NCBI GenBank assembly: GCA_002373675.1
Contig: DFLF01000002.1
Coordinates: 65,984 to 129,983 of the forward strand
Length of the DNA: 64,000 bases
From: Pseudobutyrivibrio sp. UBA3626
GTDB taxonomy: Bacteria > Bacillota > Clostridia > Lachnospirales > Lachnospiraceae
Direction: 5' to 3'
This document shows, piece by piece, positions 18,994-28,546 of the stretch (its first letter is position 1; each line of letters starts with the position of its first letter). The position numbers and the translations under genes are program-made. The notes beneath the pieces were generated by a model, which saw nothing but the letters and a program-made list of their open reading frames with translations, did no database searches and had not been told where the DNA came from.

Positions 18994-19718
18994 ATTCCCC
19001 CATCAATTCCTATAATCTGTCCTGTCATATATAATGGAGAGTTTAGAATTGACAATACCAATTGTCCTACTTCTGAGGGCGTACCCAGTCTGCCTGCTGG
19101 AATCTCATCAATAAGAGAATTCATCTCCTCATCACTAAAGCAGGAATTCATATCTGTATCAATTACACCGCAGGAGATTGCGTTAACAGAGATGTTACTG
19201 GGAGCCACCTCTTTTGCTAAGGACTTCGTAAATGCATTAATGCCACCCTTTGTTGTAGAATATGCCACCTCGCAAGATGCTCCTTTTTCGCCCCACATAG
19301 AAGATATGTTGATGATATGACCTGACTTACGACTAATCATTGACCGCAGGAATACCTTCGTGGAATAGAATACAGAATTCAGATTGGTAGATATAATTCT
19401 ATCCCAGTCAAACTCACTCATATCTGTAATAAGTCCAATATATGATATCCCTGCATTGTTTACGACTACATCAACAGAACCAAACTCTGCTAACACTTCT
19501 GAAGATATATTTTCCCATTCTTTAGGGCTAGAGACATCAAGCTTATATGCTTTAACATGTACTCCAAAGGTTTTCTGTAGTAAAAAGGCGAATTCTCTAA
19601 GAGGATCTATATTGTTAATGCAACACAGTGCCAGGTTATAGCCTGCGCTTGCCAAGGACTCGGCAATTCCTTTTCCTATTCCTCGCGATGCTCCGCTTAT
19701 AAATGCATTCTTATTCAT
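18990..19718 (-). CDS. SDR family oxidoreductase (FabG/YmfI-like)
   Basis: 242-aa ORF with the cofactor motif SGASRGIGKG, NNAG, and the catalytic Y-x-x-x-K in AYSTTKGG. The central region resembles the YmfI-type (EF-P 5-aminopentanone reductase) subgroup. That subgroup assignment is from memory only. Confidence 0.75.
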   Translation of the reverse strand: MNKNAFISGASRGIGKGIAESLASAGYNLALCCINNIDPLREFAFLLQKTFGVHVKAYKLDVSSPKEWENISSEVLAEFGSVDVVVNNAGISYIGLITDMSEFDWDRIISTNLNSVFYSTKVFLRSMISRKSGHIINISSMWGEKGASCEVAYSTTKGGINAFTKSLAKEVAPSNISVNAISCGVIDTDMNSCFSDEEMNSLIDEIPAGRLGTPSEVGQLVLSILNSPLYMTGQIIGIDGGI

Positions 19719-19881
19719 CGTATCACCTCCGAATAAATTTCATATTATTTATTTTAACATAATCAATATCATTATGTTATAATTAAGGCATAAGAGAATA
19801 ATCATGACATCTAATTAGCTAATCAATTAAGAAGACACACGGTGTACAGGTGTTGTGATGAGTAACAAGGAGGGGGTTGCT

Positions 19882-20412
19882 ATGAAGATTAATATTACAG
19901 GAAGAAATATCGAGCTGACAGATGGTCTTAAAGCGGCAGTAGAAGAAAGGCTTTCAAAGCTTGATAAATATTTTCATAGGGATACTGAAGCCAATGTGAC
20001 AATGTCAGTTGAGAAGGAAAGACAGAAAGTAGAAGTTACCGTTCCAATGAAAGGTCATATTATCCGAGCAGAGCAGGTGAGCAATGATATGTACGTATCT
20101 ATTGACCTTGTTGAAGAAGTAATCGAACGTCAGCTTAAGAAGTATCGTAGTAAGCTTGTAACCAAGAAACAAACTGCGGGATTCTTTAGTGATGATTTCG
20201 CAGATATTGATGGTACCGATGATGAAGATGAGATTAAGATCATTAAGACGAAGAGATTCGGAATTAAGCCTATGTATCCAGAGGATGCCTGTGTTCAAAT
20301 GGAGCTTCTTGGTCATGATTTCTTTGTATTTATGAATGCTGAAACAGATGAGGTAAATGTTGTATACAAGAGAAAGGGCAATACATACGGGCTTATAGAG
20401 CCAGAATTTTAA
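19882..20412 (+). CDS. hpf: Ribosome hibernation promoting factor, long form
   Basis: MKINITGRNIELTDGLK N-terminus, with a C-terminal dimerisation domain (KPMYPEDACVQMELLGHDFFVFMN..VVYKR..G.YGLIEP). AAGGAGGGGG lies just upstream of ATG 19882. The GTG at 19855 in the ORF track looks like an N-terminal overcall. Confidence 0.9.
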   Translation: MKINITGRNIELTDGLKAAVEERLSKLDKYFHRDTEANVTMSVEKERQKVEVTVPMKGHIIRAEQVSNDMYVSIDLVEEVIERQLKKYRSKLVTKKQTAGFFSDDFADIDGTDDEDEIKIIKTKRFGIKPMYPEDACVQMELLGHDFFVFMNAETDEVNVVYKRKGNTYGLIEPEF

Positions 20413-20546
20413 ATTTCGTGAATTGTCACTAAAATGTTAAGGTGAAATATGTAATAATTAACAGCAGAGTGTGTACAATTCTTGGGATATGAGAAATTAG
20501 TCTCTTTAAATTCTTAATTATACAGAAATATTAACAAAATTATTGC

Positions 20547-20581
20547 AAAACCCCTCTATTTTTGGAGGGGTTTTGATTTTT
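20547..20581 (+). terminator. Intrinsic terminator after hpf
   Basis: AAAACCCCTC (20547-20556) pairs with GAGGGGTTTT (20565-20574), followed by a T-run. Confidence 0.85.
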
Positions 20582-20636
20582 ACATTCTTTTAATTAATTG
20601 ATACAATGACTAAAATCATGTTTCGAGGGGGGAGTT

Positions 20637-21593
20637 ATGAAGCAGGAAATAATAGGTAGTGTTGTGCGAAAATGCAGAATTGGGAAGGGTATTACTCAAG
20701 AGACGTTATGTGAAGGCGTGTGTTCCATAAGTACTCTTTCTAGAATTGAAAACGGTGATCAATATCCTTCAAGAAAAGTTTTTACACTTCTTGTGGAAAA
20801 GATGGGAGAAGAAGGTATACTCTATGATGATTATATGGGAGATTATGATTATGAAGTGTTTAATCTGTCTCGTATGACAATTAATTATCTTGAGAGAAAT
20901 GAGATATCCAAGGCTGAGATATGCATGGATAAATTGCGATATATTACCAGAGAAGGAAAAGATTTTGATAATAAAGAGAAGTGCATTTATAAATTCATTG
21001 AATTGCTGTTTGCAAGTACAGAACTTGCGCTTCATAGTAAGAGGGACGAGGGTGTTGAATTAGTTCAATACGGTTACTACCTTTGCAAAGAGGTTGGAAA
21101 ACTTTTAGACATTTGTAGAAAATCCAGAATAAAAGGCGATAAGGCAACTTTCGATAGGATAGAAGTCAGGATGTATAATCTTATTGGAATAGGTAAATTT
21201 CTTCAGAAGGATTATAAGAACGCTATTGATATATGGGTTAGTCTTATCAATGGATATAAAGACAAATGCAGTGATGGAATAATATATCCTAAAGAAATGG
21301 CGTCACTCTATTGTAATATTAGCGCAGCATTATCCGGACTTGATATGTATGATGAGGCTGAGATTTTTGCTGAGAAGGGACTTAGATATTGCTTCGAAGG
21401 TGGAGGTCTTCGACTGGTTAATAGACTGCTTTGGAATAGAATGTATTGTCTTAGTCAAAAAGGAAATGTTAATAAAGCATACATAGATCTGGCTCTTTCT
21501 AAAGCCATATGTAATTGCATAAAAAAAGATGTTCTAAAGGGAGAAAAATTGAAAAAACTCCCAAACACCCCATATTTAATACAATTATTCTAG
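20637..21593 (+). CDS. XRE-family HTH regulator with TPR-like C-terminal domain (RNPP-like architecture)
   Basis: N-terminal HTH_3 segment is IGSVVRKCRIGKGITQETLCEGVCSISTLSRIENGDQYPS. About 250 aa of helical repeats follow. Confidence 0.7.
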   Translation: MKQEIIGSVVRKCRIGKGITQETLCEGVCSISTLSRIENGDQYPSRKVFTLLVEKMGEEGILYDDYMGDYDYEVFNLSRMTINYLERNEISKAEICMDKLRYITREGKDFDNKEKCIYKFIELLFASTELALHSKRDEGVELVQYGYYLCKEVGKLLDICRKSRIKGDKATFDRIEVRMYNLIGIGKFLQKDYKNAIDIWVSLINGYKDKCSDGIIYPKEMASLYCNISAALSGLDMYDEAEIFAEKGLRYCFEGGGLRLVNRLLWNRMYCLSQKGNVNKAYIDLALSKAICNCIKKDVLKGEKLKKLPNTPYLIQLF

Positions 21594-21645
21594 ACACTCT
21601 TGCTTAAATGGTATAAACTATAATCGCATTTATTAAAGGAGTGAA

Positions 21646-22707
21646 ATGATGAATATAGTTGTTTTGGCTGGAGGATTAAGTACTGAAAGAGATGTATCCT
21701 TCAAATCAGGAGAGATGATTGCTTCAGCACTAAGACAAAATGGACATAATGCGATTCTTCTTGATGTATTTATGGGATACTCTGATAAAGAGGAAGACTT
21801 AGAAGGAATATTTAACAGATGTAAAGAAGTTAGTGTCAAGGTGGGAGATATTCCAACAGAGGCACCGGATATTGTTGCAATCAAAAGAAGTAGAAAAGAT
21901 AAATCAGATAATTTCTTTGGTCCTAATGTAATTAGGTTGTGTCAGATGTCTGATATAGTATTTATAGCGCTTCATGGAGAGAATGGAGAAGACGGCAAAA
22001 TTCAGGCTGCATTTGATCTTCTGGGAGTAAAATATACTGGTAATGATTATATTAGTTCTGCTATTGCTATGGATAAAGGCATGACGAAGGGACATCTAAG
22101 AGGATATGATGTGCCTTTTCCTGGTGGCTTCTCTCTAAAAAAGCAAGAAAGATTTGCAGAATCAAATAATGACGCACCGCGATTTCCATGTGTGGTCAAG
22201 CCAAGCTGTGGAGGTTCTTCTATAGGTGTTTCTATTGTTAATAATATAATGGAATATGAGCATGCCTTAGATGAGGCATTTAGATGGGAAGATGAAGTTA
22301 TAGTTGAAGACTTTATTAAGGGTAGAGAGTTTTCTGTAGGTGTAATAGAGGGAGTGGCTCTTCCTGTAATTGAGATAGCACCTAAAGAAGGTTTCTATGA
22401 TTATAAGAATAAATACAAAAAGGGTGCAGCTGAAGAGACATGTCCTGCCGATATTCCAGATGAAATATCATCTAAGATGCAGTTGTATGCAGAGAGGGTG
22501 GCAGCAGGCCTTGGCATAGAGACTTATTCCAGAATGGATTTTATATTAGATGAAAATAATGAGATATATTGTTTGGAAGCCAATACCCTTCCAGGAATGA
22601 CACCCACAAGTTTACTTCCTCAGGAAGCAGCTTGTATAGGAATTGACTACAATGATTTGTGCGAAGAGATTATTAATATTTCTCTAAAAAAGTATAAAAG
22701 AGGATAG
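21646..22707 (+). CDS. ddl: D-alanine--D-alanine ligase
   Basis: 353-aa ORF with VLAGGLSTERDVSFKSG, ALHGENGEDGKIQ and the ATP-grasp C-terminal LEANTLPGMT. murF follows directly. Confidence 0.88.
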   Translation: MMNIVVLAGGLSTERDVSFKSGEMIASALRQNGHNAILLDVFMGYSDKEEDLEGIFNRCKEVSVKVGDIPTEAPDIVAIKRSRKDKSDNFFGPNVIRLCQMSDIVFIALHGENGEDGKIQAAFDLLGVKYTGNDYISSAIAMDKGMTKGHLRGYDVPFPGGFSLKKQERFAESNNDAPRFPCVVKPSCGGSSIGVSIVNNIMEYEHALDEAFRWEDEVIVEDFIKGREFSVGVIEGVALPVIEIAPKEGFYDYKNKYKKGAAEETCPADIPDEISSKMQLYAERVAAGLGIETYSRMDFILDENNEIYCLEANTLPGMTPTSLLPQEAACIGIDYNDLCEEIINISLKKYKRG

Positions 22708-22709
22708 CT

Positions 22710-24095
22710 ATGAAAAACATGACGCTAGAACAGATTGCCAGTGCAATAAATGGAAAATTATATTGTCATAAGAAGTTAGGAGGCAATGCCAAAGGTGTTG
22801 TGATGGATAATCGTTTGGTCGAGAAAGGCTTTATATTTGCAGCGATTTGTGGCAATAGAGTTGATGGTCATACATTTGTAAATGATTCTTTTGACAGAGG
22901 TGCTCTTGGTGTTATAGTCGAAAAAGAAGGTGATTATAAGGGCCCATATATTCTTGTGGATTCTACTGAAGATGCACTTAGAGATCTTGCAACATACTAT
23001 AGAAATCAATTGACAATACCCATAGTTGGGGTGATAGGTTCTGTTGGAAAGACAAGTACAAAGGAAATGATAGCATCTGTTTTGTCGGAGAAGTATAGTG
23101 TGCTTAAAACTAAAGGTAACTATAATAATGATTTGGGCGTTCCACTAACTATTTTATCAATTACAGAAGAACATGAGGCTGCTGTAGTTGAGATGGGAGT
23201 TTCTGATTTTGGAGAAATGACAATACTAGGCAAAATTGCACGTCCAGATATAGTTGTTTTTACAAATATAGGACAATGCCATTTGGAGAATTTCAAGACA
23301 AGAGATGGTATTCTTAAAGCAAAAACAGAAGTTTTGAAATATCTGAATAGTAATGCCACAATCGTCGTTAATATAGATGATGATAAGCTTTCAACCATTG
23401 ATAATTCTATTATTCCAAGAGATGCGAAGATTGTCACATATTCTTGTAAAGATGGAAATGGTGCTATGTATCAGGCATATGACATAGAAAGCCTTGGGTT
23501 TAATGGGATGAAAGCCAGGATAAAAGGTGATATTAATCTTGATATTACAATTCCGCTTCCGGGAGAGCATAATGTAAGTAATGCTGTGTCCGCAGTGGCA
23601 GTCGCAGATACACTTGAAGAACCAATAGATAGTATTGTAAAGGGTGTGCAAAATGTTGCAACTATAGCGGGAAGAACAAATTTTATTGAAGTAAACGGCA
23701 TAACAATAATAGATGATTGTTATAATGCTAATCCTGCTTCAGTTAGAGCTGGACTTGGAGTTTTGGGAATGGCTACAGGTAGAAAGATAGCGATTCTTGG
23801 AGATATGGGGGAACTAGGTGAGGATGAACTAAATCTTCATAGGGACTTATATAAAAGTATATTAGATAATAAAGTAGATGCGGTATTTACGGTAGGAGAA
23901 TTATCAAAATCCATTGTTGACGCTTTGGAAGGAAAAGGAGTAGAGGCAAATGCTTTTACAGGGGAGAATAGTAAAGAAGAACTATTAGATTATGTGATTC
24001 CTAAACTAAACAAAGGTGATACAATACTTGTGAAAGCATCTCATTTTATGAATTTCACATTTATTGTTAATAAGATAAAAGAAGCGCTCGATTAA
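22710..24095 (+). CDS. murF: UDP-N-acetylmuramoyl-tripeptide--D-alanyl-D-alanine ligase
   Basis: 461-aa ORF with the Mur ligase P-loop GSVGKTSTKEM, plus DDCYNANP and ILGDMGELG. Confidence 0.9.
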   Translation: MKNMTLEQIASAINGKLYCHKKLGGNAKGVVMDNRLVEKGFIFAAICGNRVDGHTFVNDSFDRGALGVIVEKEGDYKGPYILVDSTEDALRDLATYYRNQLTIPIVGVIGSVGKTSTKEMIASVLSEKYSVLKTKGNYNNDLGVPLTILSITEEHEAAVVEMGVSDFGEMTILGKIARPDIVVFTNIGQCHLENFKTRDGILKAKTEVLKYLNSNATIVVNIDDDKLSTIDNSIIPRDAKIVTYSCKDGNGAMYQAYDIESLGFNGMKARIKGDINLDITIPLPGEHNVSNAVSAVAVADTLEEPIDSIVKGVQNVATIAGRTNFIEVNGITIIDDCYNANPASVRAGLGVLGMATGRKIAILGDMGELGEDELNLHRDLYKSILDNKVDAVFTVGELSKSIVDALEGKGVEANAFTGENSKEELLDYVIPKLNKGDTILVKASHFMNFTFIVNKIKEALD

Positions 24096-24859
24096 CGAGC
24101 GCTTTTACTATTCTGTATATGGGCGAGAGCCTTATTGTTCTCCACAAGCATATCTTCCATAATTTTATGGGTATAATCTGCAATATGTTTTTTCTCTTCT
24201 TTCTCAAGGCTATTTGGATCAATTGGTTTGCCAATAGTTATAACAACATCTCTTTTCTTGATTTTTGGCAAATGGTTTTCAAAAATATCTGCCGTTCCAC
24301 TAAGCACAACAGGAACAATAGGGCAACCTGTTTTTGTTGATATTTTGAACGCTCCTGCCTTAAATGGAATCATTTTGCCATCCTTAGAACGGGTGCCTTC
24401 AGGGAAGACAAAGATTGATATGCCTTCTTTGACATAGTCAATAGCTTTAAGGATAATCTTTAGCCCCTGCTTAGTATCTTTTCTGTCTAGGAATAAGCAA
24501 TATAGTCTCATCATCCATAGATTAAGACAAGGAACTTTCTTAAAAGCCTTTTTGGCGATAAAACCTGTTCTTTCCGGGAAAAGTGTATACATAATAATTA
24601 CATCAAAGAAACTATTGTGATTTCCCACGAATAATACAGGCTTGTCTGGATCTGTAGGAAGGTTCTCAAGTCCTCTTATATCCAGTTTTGCTCCGCTAAT
24701 GAAGAGACAGCATCTAAAGCCCCATTGAACAGTACGAAGAGATGCGATATCTCCTGCATGTCTGTTGAACTTGCCTATAATCCATTCTACACCCATTACG
24801 GGTAGTCCTAATACCAGAAATAAAAATACATATAAAACTGTTAGAATTGTTCGTATCAT
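24092..24859 (-). CDS. plsC: 1-acyl-sn-glycerol-3-phosphate acyltransferase
   Basis: 255-aa ORF with an N-terminal TM helix, the H-x4-D motif NHNSFFD, and FPEGTRS. Its 3' end overlaps the murF 3' end by 4 nt (convergent). Confidence 0.85.
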   Translation of the reverse strand: MIRTILTVLYVFLFLVLGLPVMGVEWIIGKFNRHAGDIASLRTVQWGFRCCLFISGAKLDIRGLENLPTDPDKPVLFVGNHNSFFDVIIMYTLFPERTGFIAKKAFKKVPCLNLWMMRLYCLFLDRKDTKQGLKIILKAIDYVKEGISIFVFPEGTRSKDGKMIPFKAGAFKISTKTGCPIVPVVLSGTADIFENHLPKIKKRDVVITIGKPIDPNSLEKEEKKHIADYTHKIMEDMLVENNKALAHIQNSKSAR

Positions 24860-24986
24860 AATGCCTCCAATCCAATGAGGGATTATAGCATATTTTTGGG
24901 AAAAATCAAAATTGAAAAACTTGTTATTAGAGTAGTCCTTATGATATAATATACAAGTTGATTTATATGCTTTTTGAGGAGAGGCT

Positions 24987-25376
24987 ATGATTGATACAAG
25001 ACGTGCTCATCAGATGACTAAGATGGCCATGTTTGAGAAAAGAGAAGAAGACAAAATAAGAATTGCTGATAATTATAGTAAAAAGAATTATGTGAGTCTT
25101 TGGACTGTTATATATGTAGTGGCAGCAGTTCTTTTCTACATAATGTATTGCATTGTGGGTATTTCGGCTATGATAGCCATTTATACACGAAGTGTGCCGA
25201 CTGGTGCGTGGATAGTATTTGGTGTTGTTGCTACTAGTGGTTTTGTGTTTCATACATATTTCTATATAAAGAGTGGAAAGAAAAAGGCTATGGAAAGATA
25301 TGATGATAGTAAAACCAAGCGCGACTATATGACAGAGCAATACAAGGTGTTAGATAATATTTACAAAGAGAAATAA
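24987..25376 (+). CDS. Hypothetical small membrane protein (2 TM)
   Basis: 129-aa ORF with two hydrophobic helices and charged termini. No recognisable motif. An extended -10 (TGATATAAT) lies upstream. Confidence 0.5.
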   Translation: MIDTRRAHQMTKMAMFEKREEDKIRIADNYSKKNYVSLWTVIYVVAAVLFYIMYCIVGISAMIAIYTRSVPTGAWIVFGVVATSGFVFHTYFYIKSGKKKAMERYDDSKTKRDYMTEQYKVLDNIYKEK

Positions 25377-25392
25377 AAAACCGGGTAGATAT

Positions 25393-26379
25393 ATGAATAG
25401 AACTGTTAAGATAAGAGATGCAATGAGAAACTTCTTTTTCTCAAATGCCAGATGGCTTAAGATTGTTGGAAAAGGATTAATTGCTCTCTGCAGCTTTCTT
25501 ATTATAAATCATTATTTTGGATATATAGATTTCCTTACAGATCCTCTTTTTGCCATTGTGTTGGCAATTGCCTGTGCGTTCATCCCTATGAGAGCAGGTG
25601 GACTTATTGTAATGATATACACATTTGTTCAATTGACAGGATTATCTGGACAGGTGGCATTGGTTGCACTGATTCTAATGGTGGTTTCTTGCGGCATAAG
25701 TATTTTCTATGGTGCAAAACATATATTTAATATCAGCTACATACCAATTGCTCTTCAGATACAGATGCCCTATCCAATAGTTGTGGGATCAGCGCTTGTA
25801 GGTGAGATGCGAGACGTAACATCAGTAATATGTGGTGGGCTTCTTTCGTTTTATTTTAAGACGATAAGAGAAAATGCATCTCTTTTTCTTGAGGAAAATA
25901 GTGATGTTACAGTAATAGATGTTATTGCTCAGAAAATGGTTGTAAATCCTTTGCTGTATATTTATGTTGCAAGTCTGGTTGCTATGTTTGTTGCAATTAT
26001 TCTTATTAGGAATCTGGAGATAACCAGATCATGGCTTGTAGCCATTGTAACCGGTATATTTATCGAGATGGCCTTTATGCTTATAGGATATGTGACTACA
26101 GGGAATCTAAGTAAAGTGCCTATGTTAATTGTTGCAAACGCCGTCTCTTTTGTAGTAGGTTTTGCAATGACATATATTTTTAGAGATTTGGATTATGAAA
26201 GAGTTGAAAGAGTTCAATTTGAGGATGATGACTATGTATATTATGTTACAGCGATTCCTAAGATTGAACTTGCAAAAGAAGAAAAACGGGTTACTAGAAT
26301 TACAAGAAGTCGTAAGGGTTTCTATAATGCTGGAAAAGTAGAAGATAAACCATCGTCTATGGATGAAAATAAGGAATAA
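25393..26379 (+). CDS. Hypothetical polytopic membrane protein
   Basis: 328-aa ORF with about 8 hydrophobic segments and an acidic/basic C-terminal tail. No recognisable motif. Confidence 0.5.
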   Translation: MNRTVKIRDAMRNFFFSNARWLKIVGKGLIALCSFLIINHYFGYIDFLTDPLFAIVLAIACAFIPMRAGGLIVMIYTFVQLTGLSGQVALVALILMVVSCGISIFYGAKHIFNISYIPIALQIQMPYPIVVGSALVGEMRDVTSVICGGLLSFYFKTIRENASLFLEENSDVTVIDVIAQKMVVNPLLYIYVASLVAMFVAIILIRNLEITRSWLVAIVTGIFIEMAFMLIGYVTTGNLSKVPMLIVANAVSFVVGFAMTYIFRDLDYERVERVQFEDDDYVYYVTAIPKIELAKEEKRVTRITRSRKGFYNAGKVEDKPSSMDENKE

Positions 26380-26424
26380 ATAGAATAATAAAAATAAACA
26401 ATAGATTGAGAAAGGAGGAAGTTT

Positions 26425-27321
26425 ATGGATTTTATAACAAGAGTAAAAGATGCGTTGGATTCATGGTCCGGAGACTATCTTGGATTATACATACCAGACA
26501 TCACACTTATTGATGTAATTGAAGTAATAATTCTTGCCTTCTTCTTCTATCGTTTGCTGGTATGGTGCAAAGACACAAGAGCGTGGACCCTATTAAAAGG
26601 TATTCTTGTTATTGTAATATTCTTTGTTATAGCTGCGTTTTTACAGATGAGCACAATTCTATGGCTTGGTGAAAAGCTCTTAAGCGTTGCTCTTATAGCT
26701 GTTGTTGTAGTATTCCAGCCGGAACTCCGCAAAGCTTTAGATGGTCTTGGTTCAAGAAGTCTTTCTTCTCTATTTCGTAATATGGGAATAGCTAAAAGTG
26801 GAGAAAAGAGATTTACTGATAAGACGTTAAATGATATGGTTAAGGCTGCATACGAGATGGGTGCAGTTAAGACAGGAGCTTTAATCGTAATTGAGAACAA
26901 GGTTAAACTAAATGAATATGAAAGAACAGGTATAAGATTGGATTCCGTTTTATCTAGTCAGCTTCTTATTAATATTTTTGAAAAGAATACTCCGCTTCAT
27001 GATGGGGCAGTTGTCGTTGAAGGAGATAGAATCGTTGCAGCAACTTGTTATCTGCCAATATCTGACAGCAGAGAAATCAGTAAGGACCTGGGAACGCGAC
27101 ATAGAGCAGCCCTTGGTGTTAGTGAAGCAACTGATGCAACAACAATTATAGTGTCGGAGGAGACAGGTAAAGTATCTGTGACTCACGAAGGAAAACTTAT
27201 TCATGATATATCCAAAGACGAATTAATTAAACTGCTAAAAAGCATCCAGCTTCCGGAGGAAGTAAGTGAGGAAAAAGCTGGCAAATCCTTCTTGAAAAGG
27301 AGGGCGAGCCATGAAAAATAG
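26425..27321 (+). CDS. cdaA: Diadenylate cyclase CdaA (membrane-bound DAC domain)
   Basis: Three N-terminal TM helices. DAC motifs are GALIVI, LHDGAVVV, GTRHRAALGVSE and IVSEETGKVS. Confidence 0.9.
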   Translation: MDFITRVKDALDSWSGDYLGLYIPDITLIDVIEVIILAFFFYRLLVWCKDTRAWTLLKGILVIVIFFVIAAFLQMSTILWLGEKLLSVALIAVVVVFQPELRKALDGLGSRSLSSLFRNMGIAKSGEKRFTDKTLNDMVKAAYEMGAVKTGALIVIENKVKLNEYERTGIRLDSVLSSQLLINIFEKNTPLHDGAVVVEGDRIVAATCYLPISDSREISKDLGTRHRAALGVSEATDATTIIVSEETGKVSVTHEGKLIHDISKDELIKLLKSIQLPEEVSEEKAGKSFLKRRASHEK

Positions 27322-28537
27322 ATTGAAAAAGATATTTGTTGATAATATAGGATTAAAGCTGCTAGCTGTACTTTTTGCTATCGGTCTTTGGTTCATTGTT
27401 ATGAATGTAAACGATCCTACACAGACCAAGACCTTTACGACTAACGTGGAAGTTATTAATCAGGATGTAATATTATCTCAGGGAAAATATTACGAGATAG
27501 TTTCTGGTGATACAGTATCCTTTAGAGTATCTGCAAAAAGATCAATTCTTGAACAGTTATCTGGAAGTGACTTTTCTGCAACTGCGGATATGGAATATAT
27601 TCAGAACAACCAATATGTTCCCATAACAATTACTCCGCTAAAGTTTGCTGAAAATATTAGCATTCCTACAAAGACTTATTCTATGGAAGTTAATATAGGT
27701 AAAGCTAAATCAAATCAATTTACAATTGTTCCAAAGACATCAGGTAAACCGGCTGATGGATATGGCGTAGAAGAAGTTACATCCAACACAAAGACAGTTA
27801 CTTTATATGGACCAGAGGATGTAATATCATCTATTGCTACAGTTGAAGCGATTCTTCCTGTAGATGGTGCCAACCGAGATGTGACGGATGTAGTGGCACT
27901 AACTCCTGTTAATAGTAGTGGGGAACAGGTTGACACATCTAAGCTTGACTTTAGTAAAGATAAGGTAGAGGTAACTGCTGCAATTTGTATGGTGAAGAAT
28001 ATTCCAATAAGGGTTGATACATCAGGAAGCCTTGCGGATGGACTTGCACTTGCCTCAATAACAACTAATCCTAGTTCAATACAGATTAAGGGTGAATCAA
28101 GAGATCTTAACAGAGTTACGGAAGTTATAATTCCAGGGACAGTTGTTAACCTTAATACAATCGTGAGTGATTTCGAGACAACTGTTGACATTAACCAATA
28201 CTTACCTGTGAATGTTAAAGTTCTTAATGCGGAAGATGCGATTGTTAGAGTTAAGGTTGACGTAAACAACAAGACATCAAAGGTCTTTAAGATACCTACA
28301 GATAATCTCACTATTAACAATCTTGCAAGTGGATTAAAAGGAGAGTTTGATGAGAAATATGTCAATGTAGAAATAATTGCTTTGCAGGAACAATTAAACA
28401 AACTAAATGAAAATACAATAAGTGGATACGTTGATGCTAGTGGTCTTTCAAAGGGAACACATTCTGTTACTGTAGTTCTTACATTAGATAGTGAGTATCA
28501 GGCAAAGACGACAACAACAAAACTTATTGTGGAATAG
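27311..28537 (+). CDS. cdaR: CdaA regulatory protein CdaR (YbbR-domain repeats)
   Basis: 408-aa ORF with an N-terminal TM helix and repeated beta-rich YbbR-like modules. It overlaps cdaA by 11 nt, the canonical cdaA-cdaR coupling. Confidence 0.8.
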   Translation: MKNRLKKIFVDNIGLKLLAVLFAIGLWFIVMNVNDPTQTKTFTTNVEVINQDVILSQGKYYEIVSGDTVSFRVSAKRSILEQLSGSDFSATADMEYIQNNQYVPITITPLKFAENISIPTKTYSMEVNIGKAKSNQFTIVPKTSGKPADGYGVEEVTSNTKTVTLYGPEDVISSIATVEAILPVDGANRDVTDVVALTPVNSSGEQVDTSKLDFSKDKVEVTAAICMVKNIPIRVDTSGSLADGLALASITTNPSSIQIKGESRDLNRVTEVIIPGTVVNLNTIVSDFETTVDINQYLPVNVKVLNAEDAIVRVKVDVNNKTSKVFKIPTDNLTINNLASGLKGEFDEKYVNVEIIALQEQLNKLNENTISGYVDASGLSKGTHSVTVVLTLDSEYQAKTTTTKLIVE

Positions 28538-28546
28538 AGGTTAAAT

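Noticed and set aside
20413-20636. Search for a small quorum-sensing propeptide or sRNA gene between hpf and the XRE/TPR regulator.
   Set aside because: Only trivial ORFs are present (ATG-TAA; ATG AGA AAT TAG) on the plus strand, and there is no ATG on the minus strand. The region is explained by the hpf terminator plus the regulator's promoter.
1856-24095. Possible vancomycin-resistance cluster, because a VanW-family gene, ddl and murF all occur in the window.
   Set aside because: The VanW gene is 18 kb from ddl. No vanH, vanX, vanR or vanS is present. The ddl-murF pair is the ordinary housekeeping arrangement. VanW-family proteins are common outside van operons.
24092-24095. 4-nt convergent overlap of the murF and plsC 3' ends. 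The kinase and DUF975 genes also abut with no gap at 13483/13484.
   Set aside because: Convergent overlaps of a few nucleotides are common in compact genomes. The overlap is noted as context for the kinase truncation finding only.
27715-28401. 228-aa ORF antisense to cdaR. Similar long antisense ORFs occur at 1822-2205, 3433-3801, 4069-4413, 8661-9044, 16930-17355, 42079-42510, 59164-59547 and 63123-63554.
   Set aside because: All lie fully inside well-supported genes on the other strand. They have Ser/Thr/Ile/Leu-rich low-complexity translations typical of antisense frames in AT-rich DNA. They lack Shine-Dalgarno sequences and show no family motifs.
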